A stretch of 64,000 nucleotides of DNA from the human T2T-CHM13v2.0 reference genome, Homo sapiens: assembly GCF_009914755.1 (NCBI RefSeq), contig NC_060928.1; one strand, 5' to 3'. The notes below the pieces were generated by a model. That model was given only the letters and a program-made list of their open reading frames with translations, had not been told where the DNA came from and ran no database searches. Both the position numbers and the translations under genes were made by a program. Below are positions 62,420-64,000 of the stretch, piece by piece; position 1 is the stretch's first letter, and each line of letters starts with the position of its first letter.

Positions 62420-62620
62420 TCTCTTCATTCAATCACTCGTTCATTATATGCTTATTTATTGGGTTCCTATGGCATGGGGCACAGCATTTAGCAGCAAACA
62501 AAACAGACCAAGTCTTTGTTCTCGTGGAGTTAATACATCATTTTCCAGATGATACTAAATGCAATGGCAAACAATGAAGCTGTGTAACAGATTTAGGGAG
62601 AGCCGGGAGTGGAGGTGATT
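62420..62620 (-). mobile_element. L2 3' end
   Basis: ttcattcaatcactcgttcatt...aaaacagaccaagtctttgttctcgtggag. Confidence 0.65.
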
Positions 62621-63529
62621 TATATCAGTGGTGCTTGGCCAGAATGAAGAGAAAGCAAGTGCAGGGATGGCTACCCGCATAGTGGAGTGGGGACAGAGGA
62701 AGGGGGATAGATAGTGAGTGGGGATTTGGAATTCTGCAGGAGCAGGGATTTGGCATCTAGGAGAACGTAAGTCCTCTTTACAGCAAACTGTGGGAACATT
62801 GGAGAAGGCTCTGGATTTCCCACCATACACAGAATTTGGCTTGTATTACTTAGTTTGTAAGTTAAAGGCAAAGTTAATTCTAAAAATTAGAGAACTTGGG
62901 GCGTCTGCCATTATACTTCTGTTTTTCTACTTTCTTTTGTATCAGTGGTTCTTAATCTGAAGGAGCAGTAGAGAGGAGCATGGGCATTTGTGCTTTGGAA
63001 GAGCTTTCCCAGTAATTCTGATATACCTCCTCTTCCTGCTTCCTCCCTGCCCCACATAACTCATGCCTCCATCGGTAAACATTGCTTATTTACAATAGTC
63101 ATTCCTGGCTTAATTATCCTAGGGTAGCTCAAATAATCTCAGGCTATAATTTTTCCTTAACAAAGTAATAAATAAAATCATTGACAACATATTTAATTAA
63201 ATATTTAGATTTTTAATTTAAATTTAAACATTTCAAAAGGTTGATAACATGTTTAAATTAAAAGCAACCTAGCAGAACATTTATTAGAAAACAGTAGAAT
63301 TGTTAAATGAAATGCCAGGTTCCTCAATGCCCCACCTTAAGAATCATCATGTTAGAGATTGTTTTAAAATCATTTTCTTGATCCTCTTTAACAATGGCTT
63401 CATTTTTTATGACAATATTTGTTTCCAGTATGTTGGAAATGAAACTGGACAAAACAGTTAGATGAATGCTGAATTAGCATAAAGGTCTCTTTTTTGATTT
63501 CATCTGTGTGTTTAAAGTTAATGTGTTGA

Positions 63530-63745
63530 ATGCTTAGTACTTGCCAGGAAATATTTTAAGCATTTTGTGTGTATTATTTAATGTTCACAATATCTCCATG
63601 AATTGTATTCATTAATATCCCCACATACAAACAGGGAAACTAAGGTACAGCTTCCTGAAGCTGGTGAGTACAGTGCTAGACTGTTATCCAGGCAGGCTGT
63701 TTCCTGAGCTCATGGCTTTAACTCATTTGCAATACTATCTCCAGT
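63530..63745 (-). mobile_element. MIR
   Basis: atttaatgttcacaa...ggaaactaaggtacag...ccaggcaggctg. Confidence 0.65.
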
Positions 63746-64000
63746 AAATACCAATGCAACTAATAGAACAATGTCTCAATATTATCCACCCCATGCATTT
63801 CACTTATCTCACTTGTTAAAATGCTTTGAAAAATTTGCTACCTTGAATTTTCAAAGTCTTCCAAGTTCATGATTATCAGCTCATGAATGCTAGAAGAAAA
63901 GATGATTCACTGCTGTCCAAATTAAAATGCAGCAGGTTCTAGCTGAAAACAGTCCAGGGTTAGCTGATGACTAAATCTAAATGTCACATAGAATATCCTA

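Overview
Primate (most likely human) genomic DNA, repeat-rich, with no credible protein-coding exon. The provided ORFs are Alu, L1, LTR or microsatellite artefacts, or chance frames. The one gene feature I recognise, from memory and not from a search, is the non-coding first exon of SPARCL1 (hevin) on the minus strand at about 28074-28530, with an AAG|GTAAGT donor and a TATAAAA box. On that reading 1-28073 is intron 1 (the first coding exon lies beyond the left edge) and 28.5-64 kb is upstream sequence toward the SIBLING/SCPP cluster. The rest is layered transposon record: about 28 Alus, HAL1, L1M/L1P and L2 fragments, MIRs, MaLR/ERVL/ERV1 LTRs, a near-complete MLT1 provirus with nested insertions, an ERVL pol relic, hAT and Tigger elements, and a twin-primed 5'-inverted L1PA. 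I found no evidence of a new multi-gene system. The best leads are regulatory or mechanistic: the uORF and splice architecture of the SPARCL1 leader, a 42-bp templated insertion inside an AT microsatellite, a 547-bp homopyrimidine Alu tail, close inverted AluY elements and several motif clusters. Repeat subfamily names are recalled and need RepeatMasker/Dfam confirmation; boundaries without TSDs are approximate.
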